Shown here piece by piece: positions 37,578 through 49,500 of a stretch of 64,000 bases of DNA (within the stretch, counting starts at the first letter, position 1; each line of letters begins with the position of its first letter). Source of the DNA: Deferrisomatales bacterium (lineage in GTDB: Bacteria > Desulfobacterota > Deferrisomatia > Deferrisomatales > JACRMM01). The position numbers and the translations under genes were made by a program. A model generated the notes under the pieces. That model was not told the DNA's origin, did no database searches, and was given only the letters and a program-made list of their open reading frames with translations. The stretch spans positions 43,189 through 107,188 of the forward strand of contig JAWSUI010000006.1 of the NCBI GenBank assembly GCA_033551855.1, given 5' to 3'.

Positions 37578-39427
37578 CCCGTGCGCGGAAGGGGTCAAGA
37601 GACGCCCAACCCCTGCGCCGGCGCGCGGAGAGTTGGCTGCAGGGAAGGCCGCCCGGCCCTGCGGGGGACCCGGCGCCCGCAGACCTCCCGAGGCTCCTCC
37701 ACGAGCTCCAGGTCCACCAGGTGGAGCTCGAGATGCAAAACGAAGAGCTCCGCGGGACCCAGGCGGAGCTCGAGTCCGCGCGCGACGCCGCCCAGGCCGC
37801 CAATCGGGCGAAGAGCGCCTTTCTCGCCAACATGAGCCACGAGATCCGGACCCCCTTGAGCGCCGTCGTCGGGATGCTGCGCCTGCTGCGCGGCACATCG
37901 CTCGACGACACCCAGCGCCGCTATGCCGAGCTGGCGGCAAGCTCTGCCGATCACCTGCTGCACCTCATCGACGACCTCCTGGACTTCTCCAAGATCGAAG
38001 CCGGCAGGCTGGAGCTGGAGTCCGTGGCGTTCAGCCCGAGACTCGTCGTCGAGGACACCGTCAGCAGCCTGGCGCCTCAGGCGAAGGCGAAGGGCATCGG
38101 CCTGACCCACCGGATCGGACCCCTGGTCCCGGGATTTCTCGCGGGCGACCCGCACCGGCTCCGACAGGTGCTGTTGAACCTGACCGGCAACGCCGTGAAG
38201 TTCACCCGGAAGGGCGAGGTGACGGTGTGCGTCGGCATCGACGGGGAGGTGCGCGGTTCCGAGCCGCCGATCCCCGGTTCGAGAGTCCCGAACGGGAACA
38301 GGGATCCGGGAGCCGGCAACGCCGTGCGCGTGCGGTTCACCGTCCGCGATACCGGCATCGGGGTGCCGATCGACTCGCTGGACCGCCTCTTTCGGAGCTT
38401 CAGCCAGGTCGACGGCTCGACCGCACGGGTGCACGGGGGCACGGGCCTCGGGCTCGCCATCTCCAAGCAGCTCGTGGAGCAGATGGGCGGCTCGATCGAC
38501 GTGCAGAGCGCGGAGGGAAAAGGCAGCATCTTCGCGTTCACGGTTCCGTTCGCCCCAGCCCCGATCGATCTCTGGGCGCCCGAGAGCGCGGTCGGCGACG
38601 AGGCTGCGCTGCTCCCCCCGCCATCCCAGGTTCGCATCCTGGTCGCAGAGGACGAGTCGGCCAATCGCGAAGTCGCAGTCGAGTACCTGCGGTGGCGGGG
38701 CTGGCTCGTGACGGCGGTTGCAGACGGCGGGGCGGCGGTGGAAGCCCTGCTCTCCGAGCCCTACGACCTCGTCCTGATGGACGTCCAGATGCCCGGGCTC
38801 GACGGTATACAGGCCACGAGGCGCATCCGGGAGCGGGAAGCGTCCGGCGGAGCCCGCGTGCCGATCATCGGTCTCACGGCGCACGCCCTTCCGGAGGACC
38901 GGGCGCGGTGCCTCGAGGCCGGCATGGACGACTACCTCGCCAAGCCCGTGGAGCCCGAGACGCTGCACGCGGCCGTGGAGCGGTGGCTCGGGAGGCGGCC
39001 CCGTCCGCTGCCCCTGAAGGAAGTCCCGAACCGAGCCGGTCGTGCCCTGCTCCTCGCGAGTCTCCAGAGCGGGAGCGGGCAGGAGGGGAATCTCGGGCGG
39101 GGCTTTCTCGGCACCGTGAACGAGGGCCCCGGGCAAATCCGCAAGGCGTTGTCCCTGGCGGACGCGGAACGGGCCGCCTCCTGGGCCCACCGCCTGCGGG
39201 GAACCCTGCTCATCTTCGGGTTCCCGGTGGCCGCGGCCGTTGCCCGGGAGATCGAGGCGCGGGCCGCGGAGGGCCGGCTCGACGGCGTCACCGAGCTCGT
39301 GGGGCGGCTGGACGAGGAGATCCTTCGGGTCAAGGCCCTGCTTGCGGGGGCCGCGGGCGCCCAGACCGGCACCCCCGGGGAGGGGCCTCCGGGGAAAGAC
39401 CCGTCGGAGAGGAGTGACTTCCCTTGA
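37574..39427 (+). CDS. Hybrid histidine kinase (HisKA-HATPase-REC-HPt)
   Basis: FLANMSHEIRTP, NLTGNAVKFT, GGTGLGL, REC LVAED...LMDVQMP...KP, HPt-like AHRLRG; ATGA overlap with cheBR. Confidence 0.93.
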   Translation: MTRARKGSRDAQPLRRRAESWLQGRPPGPAGDPAPADLPRLLHELQVHQVELEMQNEELRGTQAELESARDAAQAANRAKSAFLANMSHEIRTPLSAVVGMLRLLRGTSLDDTQRRYAELAASSADHLLHLIDDLLDFSKIEAGRLELESVAFSPRLVVEDTVSSLAPQAKAKGIGLTHRIGPLVPGFLAGDPHRLRQVLLNLTGNAVKFTRKGEVTVCVGIDGEVRGSEPPIPGSRVPNGNRDPGAGNAVRVRFTVRDTGIGVPIDSLDRLFRSFSQVDGSTARVHGGTGLGLAISKQLVEQMGGSIDVQSAEGKGSIFAFTVPFAPAPIDLWAPESAVGDEAALLPPPSQVRILVAEDESANREVAVEYLRWRGWLVTAVADGGAAVEALLSEPYDLVLMDVQMPGLDGIQATRRIREREASGGARVPIIGLTAHALPEDRARCLEAGMDDYLAKPVEPETLHAAVERWLGRRPRPLPLKEVPNRAGRALLLASLQSGSGQEGNLGRGFLGTVNEGPGQIRKALSLADAERAASWAHRLRGTLLIFGFPVAAAVAREIEARAAEGRLDGVTELVGRLDEEILRVKALLAGAAGAQTGTPGEGPPGKDPSERSDFP

Positions 39428-41199
39428 GATACCTGTTCATCGAGCCCAAGGCTCCCGGTCAGCACATCTTCAGCCGCATCCCGATACCGCGGCTGGGCAA
39501 CGTTCTTCTCGCCACGATCCTGGCCCGACACGGCTACGAATGCCGGGTGCTGGTGGAGGAGGTCCGCCCGGTGCGCACCGAGGACATCGCCTGGGCGGAC
39601 GTCGTGGGCATCTCCTCGACGACCACCACCGCCCCCGCGGCCTACGCCTGGGCCGACCTGGCCCGCGCGGCCGGCAAGATCGTGGTGATGGGCGGTCCCC
39701 ACGTGAGCTTCCTGGCCGACGAAGCCCTGGAGCACAGCGACTACGTCGTGCGGGGCGAGGGGGACGAGGCCATGCTGGAGCTGGCGCAGGCGCTCGGCGG
39801 CACCCGGGATCCGGCGTCGATCGGTGGGCTCTCCTACCGGGCGGCGGGCGCGGTGCGGCACAACCCCTCCCGGCCCTTCTTGCAAGACCTGGACCCCTTG
39901 CCGACCCCGGATTTCTCGTTGGTGGAAGGGTGGAGCCCGCGGCGGGTGCTTCCGCTCTCCACCAGCCGCGGCTGCCCTTTCCAGTGCCGGTTCTGCTCCG
40001 TCATTCCCATGTTCGGCACCCGCTACCGGTTCCACTCCGTGGGCCGGGTGCTCGACGACCTGGCCCGCGCGGCCGCGTCGTCCCGGCACGTCTTCGTCTG
40101 CGACGACAACTTCGCGGCCGACAAAAAGCGGGCCCGAGCCATCTGCCAGGGGATGCTCGACCGGGGTATCCGGGTTCAGTGGTCCGCTCAGGTCAGGGCC
40201 GACTGCGCCCGGGACACGGAGCTCGTGGACCTCATGGCCCGGGCCGGCTGCTGGTACGTCTACATCGGCTTCGAGTCCCTCAACCCGCACACCCTGGAGT
40301 CCTTCGGCAAGCGCCAGACGGTGGACGACATCCGGCACGCGGTCGAGGCGTTTCGGGGTCGCGGCATCCGAATCCACGGGATGTTCGTGCTCGGGGCCGA
40401 TCAGGACGACCGGCGGTCGATCCGGGAGACGGCCCGCTTCGCCCGCCGAGCCAGGATCGATTCCGTCCAGTTCCTGATCCTCACGCCGACCCCGGGAACG
40501 CCCATCCACGACGAGATGGCGGCGGCGGGGCGCCTGCTCACCCGGGACTGGGCCCTCTACGACGCCCATCACGTGGTGTACGAGCCGCTGCAGCTCACCC
40601 CCGACGAGCTCCAACGGGAGGCGGAGCGCGCCTCGGCCCGGTTCTACAGCCTGGGAAGCGTCCTGCGCGGCGCCGCGCGGCTCGACCTCTTCGACATGGG
40701 CCTGAAGCTCTATGCGTGGGGGGCGGCCCGCCGGCTCCAGCGCGGCAAGGCCCCCTTTCTGCAGAACTTACGAGCCGGCGTCCTCAAGGGCGCCCAGGAC
40801 CTGAGGCAGGTGCTCCCCGCAAGGGCACGGCTCATCGCGCTGCCCACGGCAGGACTCCCGGAGGGGGACCGGCGCTTCCTGGTGAAGTTCATGACAGGGC
40901 TGAACATCCGCCCCATCGAGGTCCCGCTGGCGGCCGAGAGGCTCTGGGAGCATCCTGCGGCGCTGGCCCAGCGCGTCGACGTCGTCCTGCTGCCGCTCTC
41001 GAACGAGCCCGACGGGCACTTTGGCGGCCTCCAGCGTTTCGGGTGGGCATGGGGCGCGCGGGGCGAGGGCCACGCGTTCCTGGGGCTCCCGCTGCATCGC
41101 GACCGGCTCTACCGCGCCTGCATCGAGGCGGGGCTGGCCCTCGGGCGCAGCCTTCGGCGGGTGCGCCGTGCCTATCGCCGGGCGACGGGAGAAGGTTGA
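39424..41199 (+). CDS. B12-binding-domain radical SAM protein with C-terminal extension
   Basis: DVVGIS, MGGPHVS, VRGEG, TSRGCPFQCRFCSV, DDNF, IGFES, TPTPGT; TTG start overlaps the kinase stop. Confidence 0.9.
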   Translation: MRYLFIEPKAPGQHIFSRIPIPRLGNVLLATILARHGYECRVLVEEVRPVRTEDIAWADVVGISSTTTTAPAAYAWADLARAAGKIVVMGGPHVSFLADEALEHSDYVVRGEGDEAMLELAQALGGTRDPASIGGLSYRAAGAVRHNPSRPFLQDLDPLPTPDFSLVEGWSPRRVLPLSTSRGCPFQCRFCSVIPMFGTRYRFHSVGRVLDDLARAAASSRHVFVCDDNFAADKKRARAICQGMLDRGIRVQWSAQVRADCARDTELVDLMARAGCWYVYIGFESLNPHTLESFGKRQTVDDIRHAVEAFRGRGIRIHGMFVLGADQDDRRSIRETARFARRARIDSVQFLILTPTPGTPIHDEMAAAGRLLTRDWALYDAHHVVYEPLQLTPDELQREAERASARFYSLGSVLRGAARLDLFDMGLKLYAWGAARRLQRGKAPFLQNLRAGVLKGAQDLRQVLPARARLIALPTAGLPEGDRRFLVKFMTGLNIRPIEVPLAAERLWEHPAALAQRVDVVLLPLSNEPDGHFGGLQRFGWAWGARGEGHAFLGLPLHRDRLYRACIEAGLALGRSLRRVRRAYRRATGEG

Positions 41200-41220
41200 G
41201 ACGGCAGTCCTCCGCCGGCG

Positions 41221-42285
41221 TCAGAGGGATCTTCCCGACGGAGCCCGCGCTTGGAGGGCAGAGAAACCGACCAGCTCGCGCCGTTCCTCGTCCCAGAGCT
41301 TCAGCCGCGGGGACGCGAGGCTCTTGCGCAGGGTGAGCGGTTCCTTGGCGTGCAGCTCCGGGATGCCGTCGTAACAGCGCTGCAGATTGTAGTTGGGGAT
41401 GCGCGAGGCGAGGTGATGGATGAAGTGGATGCCGATGCTGCCCGAGAACCAGCGCAGCACGGCCGGCAGCCGATAGAAGGAGCTGCCGGCCACCGCGGCG
41501 CGCAGGGGATCCCAGGCGTCTTTCCTCGACCAGTACACACCCTCGAACTGGTGCTGCACGTAGAAGAGCCAGATCCCTCCGGCGCCTCCCAACCACAGCA
41601 CCGGCACCTGGATCAGGAGGTAGGTCCCGAGCCCGATCGCCCAGGAGGCCGATATGGCGACGGCAGCGATGAGGAGGTTGGTGAGCCACACGCTCCTGCG
41701 CGCGATCTTGCTGACCGCCCGGCTCGGCCAGCGCTGCCGGAGCAGGAAGTAGAACAGCGGACCCGCCCCGAAGAGCACCAGGGGGTTCCGGTACAGGCGG
41801 TACTTGAGCCGCCTGGCCCAGGGCAGGCGCAAGTACTCTTCGACGGTGAGCGTCGTGATGTCGCCCACGCCCCTCGCGTCGAGGTTGGCGTAGGTCGCGT
41901 GGTGGCGCAGGTGGGTGAAGCGCCAGTCCTCCAGCGGCGTGAAGGTGAGCGTGCCGCAGAGGTACCCCAGCACGGTGTTGGCCCTCGAGGAAGCGAAGAA
42001 CGAGCTGTGCACGCAGTCGTGGAAGAGGATGAAGAGGCGCACGAGCAGACCCGCCGCGGGCACGGCCAAGAGGAGCGTCAGGATATAGGGATACCCGAGC
42101 TGGATGGACCGGACCATGAGGAACCAGAGCAGGAGATACGGGACGAAGGTGTCGACGAGCTGCCACGCGGCGCGCCTCGCGTCCCGGGTCTCGAACCGCT
42201 TGAGGCTCCGGTGCCAGTCGGGCCACCGGTACGGCGGAGACCCCAGGGGGATCGAATGGGATGTCTGGTAACCGATCTCGGGCAT
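41221..42285 (-). CDS. Membrane fatty acid desaturase (Bacillus Des-like)
   Basis: His boxes HDCVH, HLRHH, HFIHH; FYVQHQFE; IPNYNL. Confidence 0.92.
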   Translation of the reverse strand: MPEIGYQTSHSIPLGSPPYRWPDWHRSLKRFETRDARRAAWQLVDTFVPYLLLWFLMVRSIQLGYPYILTLLLAVPAAGLLVRLFILFHDCVHSSFFASSRANTVLGYLCGTLTFTPLEDWRFTHLRHHATYANLDARGVGDITTLTVEEYLRLPWARRLKYRLYRNPLVLFGAGPLFYFLLRQRWPSRAVSKIARRSVWLTNLLIAAVAISASWAIGLGTYLLIQVPVLWLGGAGGIWLFYVQHQFEGVYWSRKDAWDPLRAAVAGSSFYRLPAVLRWFSGSIGIHFIHHLASRIPNYNLQRCYDGIPELHAKEPLTLRKSLASPRLKLWDEERRELVGFSALQARAPSGRSL

Positions 42286-42575
42286 GCGGCGCCCTTCCTG
42301 CGGACCGTCTTCGGACCCGACACGGCCCCTGTCTGTGGTGGCGAACAACGATTCGAGGGATCCGCGGTCTGGAAAAGTCTACCGCGCACAGGCGCTACCG
42401 GAAGAGGAGCAAAGGCCGCGATCGGGCCTGCCGGGGCCCCGGAAGCGTGGACCTTGTCTTCGTCCGAGCGCACGAGAGCGTCGCTCCCGTCGCCCTGGAA
42501 GGGCACGTGCCGCGGCAGCGGACGCGCAGCATCCGCGATTGTGCCGCACGGTTCCGCAACAGGAGGAGCCCACCC

Positions 42576-43538
42576 ATGTTCCGACACATCCTCGTTCCTC
42601 TCGATGGTTCTCCCCTGGCCGAGTGCGTGCTGCCCCACGTGGCGGCCCTGGGCAAGGCGTTCGGCGCCGACGTGACCCTCCTCCACGTCTTGCCCGAGTC
42701 CTCTTCCGCAGGCCGGATGATGCCCGTCGACCCCCTCGAGTGGCAGGCGAGCCGGGCCGGTGCCTGGATGTATCTGGACGAGAAGGTGGAGCTGCTCGGG
42801 ACGCAGGGGGTCAAGAGCTCCCGCGTGCTCCTGGAGGGGCAACCTCCCCAGCGCATCCTCGAGCACGCCCAGGAGCACGGCGCCGACCTCATCGTCCTCA
42901 GCAGTCACGGGAAGGACGGTTTGAGCGGCTGGAACCTTGCCAGCGTCGCGCAAAAGACCGTTCTTCGGTCGCGGGTCTCCACCCTGGTGATCCGCGCGTA
43001 TCGGGCCGAGACGGCGGGGCCGGACGTGCCGGCCTACCGCAGGGTGCTGGTGCCCCTGGACGGGTCCCAGAGGGCGGAGTGCGCCCTCTCCCCGGCCACG
43101 GCCCTGGCGGGGTTTCTCGGGGCCGAGCTGGTGCTCGCGCACATCCGGGTGCGTCCCCGCCCCTATTTTCCCCAGCAGGGGCCGGTCCGCCCGGAAGATA
43201 CGGAGCTCATCGAGCGGCTCGTCGAGCGCCAGGAGGGGGAAGCGCAGCAGTACTTCGACCGGCTCAAGGCCCGGCTCCCCCTGGCCGTCCGCACCCGAAT
43301 CGCCGTAAGCGAGCAGGCCGCGGTGGCTCTCTACGACGTGATCCGGGAAGAGCAGGCCGACCTGGTCGTCATGAGCGCCCACGGCCACACCGGGACGACG
43401 CGCTGGCCCCACGGGCGGACGACCACCCACTTTCTCCTCTACGGGGCGACGCACGTGCTGATCGTGCAGGATCTTGCGCCCCACCCGTGCGAACTCACCG
43501 AGGCGGAGCAGGCGGCCGCGGAAGTGCCGGGGCACTGA
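42576..43538 (+). CDS. Tandem-domain universal stress protein
   Basis: Two ILVPLDGS..AE and ADL.V.S.HG units; AGGAGG RBS. Confidence 0.93.
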   Translation: MFRHILVPLDGSPLAECVLPHVAALGKAFGADVTLLHVLPESSSAGRMMPVDPLEWQASRAGAWMYLDEKVELLGTQGVKSSRVLLEGQPPQRILEHAQEHGADLIVLSSHGKDGLSGWNLASVAQKTVLRSRVSTLVIRAYRAETAGPDVPAYRRVLVPLDGSQRAECALSPATALAGFLGAELVLAHIRVRPRPYFPQQGPVRPEDTELIERLVERQEGEAQQYFDRLKARLPLAVRTRIAVSEQAAVALYDVIREEQADLVVMSAHGHTGTTRWPHGRTTTHFLLYGATHVLIVQDLAPHPCELTEAEQAAAEVPGH

Positions 43539-43542
43539 CGCG

Positions 43543-46500
43543 ATGGCCCCGAAGAGCCCTGCCGCCGCGGAAGCTCCCCGCGAGCTCACGCGCCGCGACG
43601 ACCCCCTAGCGGACCGCGCTCGGGAACTGGCGCAGCGCCACCATGTGTCGAAGCGCCGGAGCACCGGCTCCCTCACGGCGCGCGTGGCCGAGCTGAAGAA
43701 CGGGATCGATCGGGTGGCGCGCCACTGGTCCCAGGCGTCGATCCAGGCCTCCGATCTCGCCTACGCGGCGGAGTGGCTGCTCGACAACCTCTACGTGGTG
43801 CGGCGGGCGCTGCGGGAAGTCCGGGAAGACATGCCGGCCGGCTACTATCGCAGCCTGCCCCGGTTGACCCTCCCCGAGCTCGGGGAGGAGCCTCGGATCT
43901 ACGCCGTGGCCACCGAGCTCCTCCGCGGGTGCCGTGGGCGGTTCTCGGGCGACGACGCGGAGCACTTCCTCCACGCCTATCAGGAAACCCGGCCTCTCAC
44001 CATGGGCGAGCTCTGGGCGCTCCCCACCATGCTGCGGTTCACGGCGTTGGAAGTCCTCGCCGAAGCGGTGTCCCGTTTGAGCGGGCTGCCCTTCGCCGGG
44101 CGGCCTCTGGCCGGATCCGAGGGCAAGTCCTCCTCGTTCGGCTGGACGGAGGAGCTGTCCAGCGTGGACCGGGTCTCCACCGCGATCGCCAGCTTGCGAG
44201 CCCTGGATGCGATCGACTGGAGCGCGTTTTTCGAGGCGGTGAGCCACGTCGAGCGCGTCCTTCGAGGCGATCTCACGTACGCGTCGATGGATTTCGACAC
44301 CCGCGACCGGTACCGGCGCGAGGTGGAGTCACTGGCGTCCACTTCGCGCAGGGAAGAGGTTCCCGTGGCGGAGGCGGCGCTCGAGTTCGCCTCGCGGATG
44401 CCTTCGAACCGGGGCGATCCGGCCCAGGGGCATGTGGGCTGTGCCCTCCTGGGGGAAGGCCGCCGGGAGCTGGAGAGGGAGCTCGGCTGCCTCCTGCCGC
44501 TGGGCCTCCGGCTCCGTCGCCTGCTCCTGGCCCATCCCACGTTCGTCTATCTGGGGGGGATCGGCTCGCTCGCGGCCGGTCTGTGGCTGCTGGCGGTGGC
44601 CTACGGCGTCTCGCGAGGAGGCGGCGCCGGGCAGGTGGCGGCCGTGGCCGTGTTGACGGCCGTCCCCGCGCTCACGATCGCGGTGGCCCTCGTCAACTGG
44701 CTGCTGACGCTCTCCCTTCCCCCCCGCGTGCTCCCCAAGCTGGACTTCCGAGAAGGAATTCCAGGGGACTGCCGGGCCATGATCGTGGTTCCGGCGCTCT
44801 TTCGGGACGGGCACGACGTCGACTCCCTCCTCGAACAGCTCGAGCTCCATCACCTGAGCAATCCCGACCCCCTGCTGGGCTTCGCGGTGCTGGCCGACTT
44901 CGCAGACGCGCCCCGGGCGCACATGGTGGGCGACGGGCCCATCGTGGAGCGGGCCAAGACGGCCCTGGAGGCGCTCAATCGGCGCTACGGCCGGGACGGC
45001 CCCGGGCCCTTCTACGTGTTTCTCCGGGAGCGCCGCTGGAATCCCTCCGAGGGCGTGTGGATGGGGTGGGAGCGCAAGCGGGGGAAGCTCGAGGAGTTCA
45101 ACCGCTTGCTCCTCGGGGGCGGGCCGACCTCGTTCACGGTGCAGGCAGGAGATCTCTCGGTGCTTCCCGAGTTCCGCTACGTCCTCACCGCGGACGCGGA
45201 CACCGGCCTCCCCCGAGGCAGCGCCGCGCGGCTGGTCGGAACGCTGGCCCACCCGCTCAACCGCCCCCACGTGGACCCTCGGAGCCGCAGGGTCGTCGCC
45301 GGGTACACGATCCTCCAGCCCCGCGTCGAGATTACCGCCGTGAGCGCCAACCAATCGCCCTTTTCCCGGATCTTTTCCGGCGACACCGGGCTCGATCTGT
45401 ACTCCCGCGCCGTCTCCGACGTGTACCAGGATCTGTTCGGGGAGGGCCTGTACGTGGGCAAGGGGCTCTACGACCTCGACGGCTTTCATCGGACGCTGGA
45501 GGGGGTCGTTCCGGAAAACAGCCTGCTGAGCCACGATTTGCTGGAGGGCGTCCACGGTCGGGTGGCCCTGGTGACCGACGTCACCCTCCTGGAGGACTAC
45601 CCGGGTGCCTACCTCCCCTGGGCCAGCCGGCAGCACCGGTGGATCCGCGGAGACTGGCAGCTCCTGCCGTGGCTCTTCCTCGGGCGCTCCCGGCAGGGGG
45701 CGGGGCGCTCCCTGCCGGCCATCCATCGCTGGAAGATCGCCGACAACCTGCGGCGAAGCCTGCTCGCCCCGGCGCTCCTGGCCTGGCTGGCGGCGGCCTG
45801 GCTGTGGCTTCCCGGGTCGGCCCTGCTGTGGACCCTGCTGGCCGCGCTCACCCCGGAGGTTCCCCTCTTGACGTCCGCGGGGCAGGAGGTGGCGGCGCGG
45901 GCCCGTCGAGGGGCCTGGGCGGGACCGGTGCCCGCCCTGCGCCGGCACGCGCTGCGCTGGCTCCTCCAGTTGGCCTTTCTGCCGTACGAGGCGTTTCTCA
46001 CGCTCGACGCCATCGTTCGCACGTTGTTTCGCCTGGGCGTGACCCGGCGAAACCTCCTGGAGTGGACGACCGCCGCGCACACCTCTCGGCTGTTCCAGGA
46101 TGGGGGCGGGCATCTGCGAACCTGGACCCGCATGGCGGCGGCGCCGCTGTCGGCCGGCCTCCTGGCGTGGGCTGTCGCCGCGGTCAACCCCACTGCGCTT
46201 CTCGCTGCCGCTCCGTTTCTGCTGGCCTGGATGCTCGCCCCCCACCTCGCCTGGCGGATCAGCAAGCCGGAGGTCGTCACCGCGAAGCTCGCCACCCCCG
46301 AGCAGCGCTACCGCCTCTCGTGGCTCGCCCGGCGGACCTGGTTCTTCTTCGAGCGGTTCGTGGGGCCCGACGACCACTGGCTTCCCCCGGACCACTTCCA
46401 GGAGTCACCGAAGGGCGTGGTGGCCCACCGCACCTCTCCCACGAACGTGGGGTTGGGACTCCTCTCGACCCTCTCCGCCCACGACTTCGGGTATATCGGC

Positions 46501-49500
46501 AAGCTGCTGCTGGCCTTTCGCGTGTCGCAGGCCTTCGAGAGCCTCGACCGCCTGGAGCGGTACCGGGGCCACTTTCTCAACTGGTACGACACCCGGACCC
46601 TGAAGCCCCTGCACCCGCGGTATGTCTCCACCGTGGACAGCGGCAACCTGGCGGCCAGCCTGGTGGCCCTGCGGGAGGGCTGCCTGGAGGTGCTCGAGGC
46701 GCCCGTGCTGCGCTGGGAGGAGTGGCAGGGCCTCCTGGATACGCTCTCGGTGCTCGCGGAGGAGCTGGAGCGCATGAAGGAACCCGCCCATACGGTCTTC
46801 TCTCCCGTGCGGGCGCATCTGGACGAAGTGCGCCGGCAGATCCTCGCCGTGCGGCACGACCGGCTCCGCTGGCCGCCGCTGTGGGAGACGCTCGCCGAAC
46901 GGCAGGGCCCGGAGCTGGCCCGGTTGCTCGGCGTCCTGCTCGACCAAGGCACCGTGGGCATGTCTGCCGGCGAGCTGGACGGCCTGCGAGACTGGTCGGA
47001 GCGGATTCGGCGGCAGTTGCACAACACCCTACGGGAGCTCCGCACCCTGACTCCGTGGCGCTTCTCGCTGGCGCACGTGCCGGAGTTGCTGCGATCCGGG
47101 CCGGAAAGCGGGCTGCAGCGGGCCTGGCGAGCCCTGCGGGGCCGGCTGGAGGCAACGGAGAGCCTCGTTGCCCTGGCCGGCGCGTACGAGACACACCGGG
47201 AGGGGCTGCGTGATCTGGTACTGCGGACCCGCCGGGCCCCCACCAGCTCGGAAGCAGAACGCGAACGGGCTGCGGGTTGGCTCGAGGATCTCCTGGGGTC
47301 GCTCCGGAGGACCGAGAACGTGGCTCGGGAGCTCGTAAAGCGGTACACAGACATCATGGCACGGGCCGAGCGCACTGTGGCCGCCATGGATTTTCGTTTC
47401 CTGTTCGATTCCCGGCGCAAGCTCTTCACCATCGGCTACAACGTCGACGCCGAGCAGCACGACACGAACCACTACGACCTGCTCAGCTCGGAGGCACGGG
47501 TCGCGAGCCTCCTGGCCATCGCCAAGGGAGATGCGCCCCAGGCTCACTGGCTCCACCTCGGCCGTCCGGTGACGCAGCTGAACGGCTCGCGAGCGCTCCT
47601 GTCCTGGAGCGGAACCCTGTTCGAGTACCTGATGCCCCTGTTGCTCCTCGAGGAGCACCCGGGGACGCTGCTCGCCGAGAGCGACCGGGCGGCGATGAAG
47701 TGGCAGGTCGCGTACGGGCAGCAGAAGGGGGTCCCCTGGGGCGTCTCGGAATCGGGCTACTACCGATTCGACACCCAGCAGAACTACCAGTACAGGGCCT
47801 TCGGGGTGCCGGGCCTCGGGTTGAAGCGCGGGCTGGAAGAGGACCTGGTGGTGGCGCCCTATGCGTGCCTCCTGGCCCTCCCCCTCGATCCCCAGGAGGT
47901 GATGGACAACGTCGAGCGCTTGATCGAAGAAGGGCTGCTCGGGGGGTACGGTCTCTACGAGGCCGTGGATTACACGCCGTCGAGGCTGACCCTGGGCCAG
48001 AAGAAGGCGCTTGTGCGCTCCTACATGGCGCACCACCAGGGCATGATCCTCGTCTCGCTCGGCAACTATCTCCACAAGGGCCCCATGGTGCGCCGTTTTC
48101 ACCGCGACCCCTCGATTCGCAGCGTGGAGATGCTCCTCCAGGAGCGGATCCACCACACGGCCCCCCTCGAGAGACCCCACCCCTCGGTTTCGGAAGGCTC
48201 GCTCAAGGAACGCAGGGCCGCGCGACACGAACCGTGGTCGGCGCCCCTCGATGCGCCGTTCCCGCTCGTGCACTTCCTCTCGAACGGCACCTACGGCGTG
48301 TTGATCACGAGCGGGGGCGGCGGCTACAGCCGGTGGGGAGACGTGGATCTCACGCGCTGGCGCGCCGACACGACAGGGGACGACTGGGGCACCTGGATCT
48401 ACCTTCGGGACGTGGACGCCGACGCCCTCTGGTCGGTCGGCTGTCAGCCCACGGGGACCGGGCTCCAGGGTAGGACGGTCACCTTCTCGGCCCACAAGGC
48501 CGACCTGCGCTGCGAGCTCCACCAGATCGCCGTCTCGACGGAGATCGCCGTCCACCCCGAGGATTCGGTGGAAGTGAGACGGGTCGTGCTCACCAACAAG
48601 AGCTCGAGGCCCCGCCTCCTGCAGGTGACCAGCTACGGGGAGGTCGTGCTCGCCCCCCAGGACACCCGTCACCCCGCCTTCAACAAGCTCTTCATCGAGA
48701 GCCGATTTCTCGAGGACGCCAACGCCCTGCTGTTTTCCCGCCGTGCGCGCGGTCCCGAGGAGAGCCCCGTCCACCTGGCCCACCTGCTGGTCCTGAAAGA
48801 GGGGGCCGCGAAAGGGGATTGTGAAACCGATCGGGCCCGCTTCTTGGGGCGCGGCGGCACGGTGCGCAGACCTGCGGCGCTGGGTGCGGGAGGCGAGGGG
48901 CTCACGGGCACCACGGGCGCGACGCTCGATCCCGTGTTCTCTCTGTCGCAACAGATCATCCTGGAACCGCACGCCACCGTCGAGCTGGCGTTCGTCACCC
49001 TGGCGTCGGAGAGCCGCGAGCAGGCCCTTACCCTGGCCGAGCGCTACCGCCAGTGGAACCAGATCCACCGGGTCTTCGGCGAGGCGCGCACCCACAGCGA
49101 GATCGAGCTGGAGCGCACGGGCCTCACCACGGCGGAGCTCGAGCGGTTTCAGGTGTTGTTGAGCCTGCTCCTCTACCCCCACGAAGCCCTTCGGGCAAAG
49201 CCCCACGTGATCGCCGCCAACCGTTTGGGCCAGCCGGGGCTCTGGCCGTTTGCCATCTCCGGCGATCATCCGATCCTACTGGTCCGGGTCGGGGCCGAGG
49301 ACGAGGCGGGCGTCGTGCTGGACGTCTTGAAGGCCCACGCGTACTGGAGGAGCCGCGGGCTGCGAGTGGACCTGGCGATCCTGAACGAGAAGCAGGCCGG
49401 GTACTCCCAGGAGGTCCAGGGCCACCTCCAGCGGCTGGTCGCCCAGACGGGGGGCGACGCATGGCTGGACCGGCACGGAGGCATCTTCCTGCTCCGGGCG

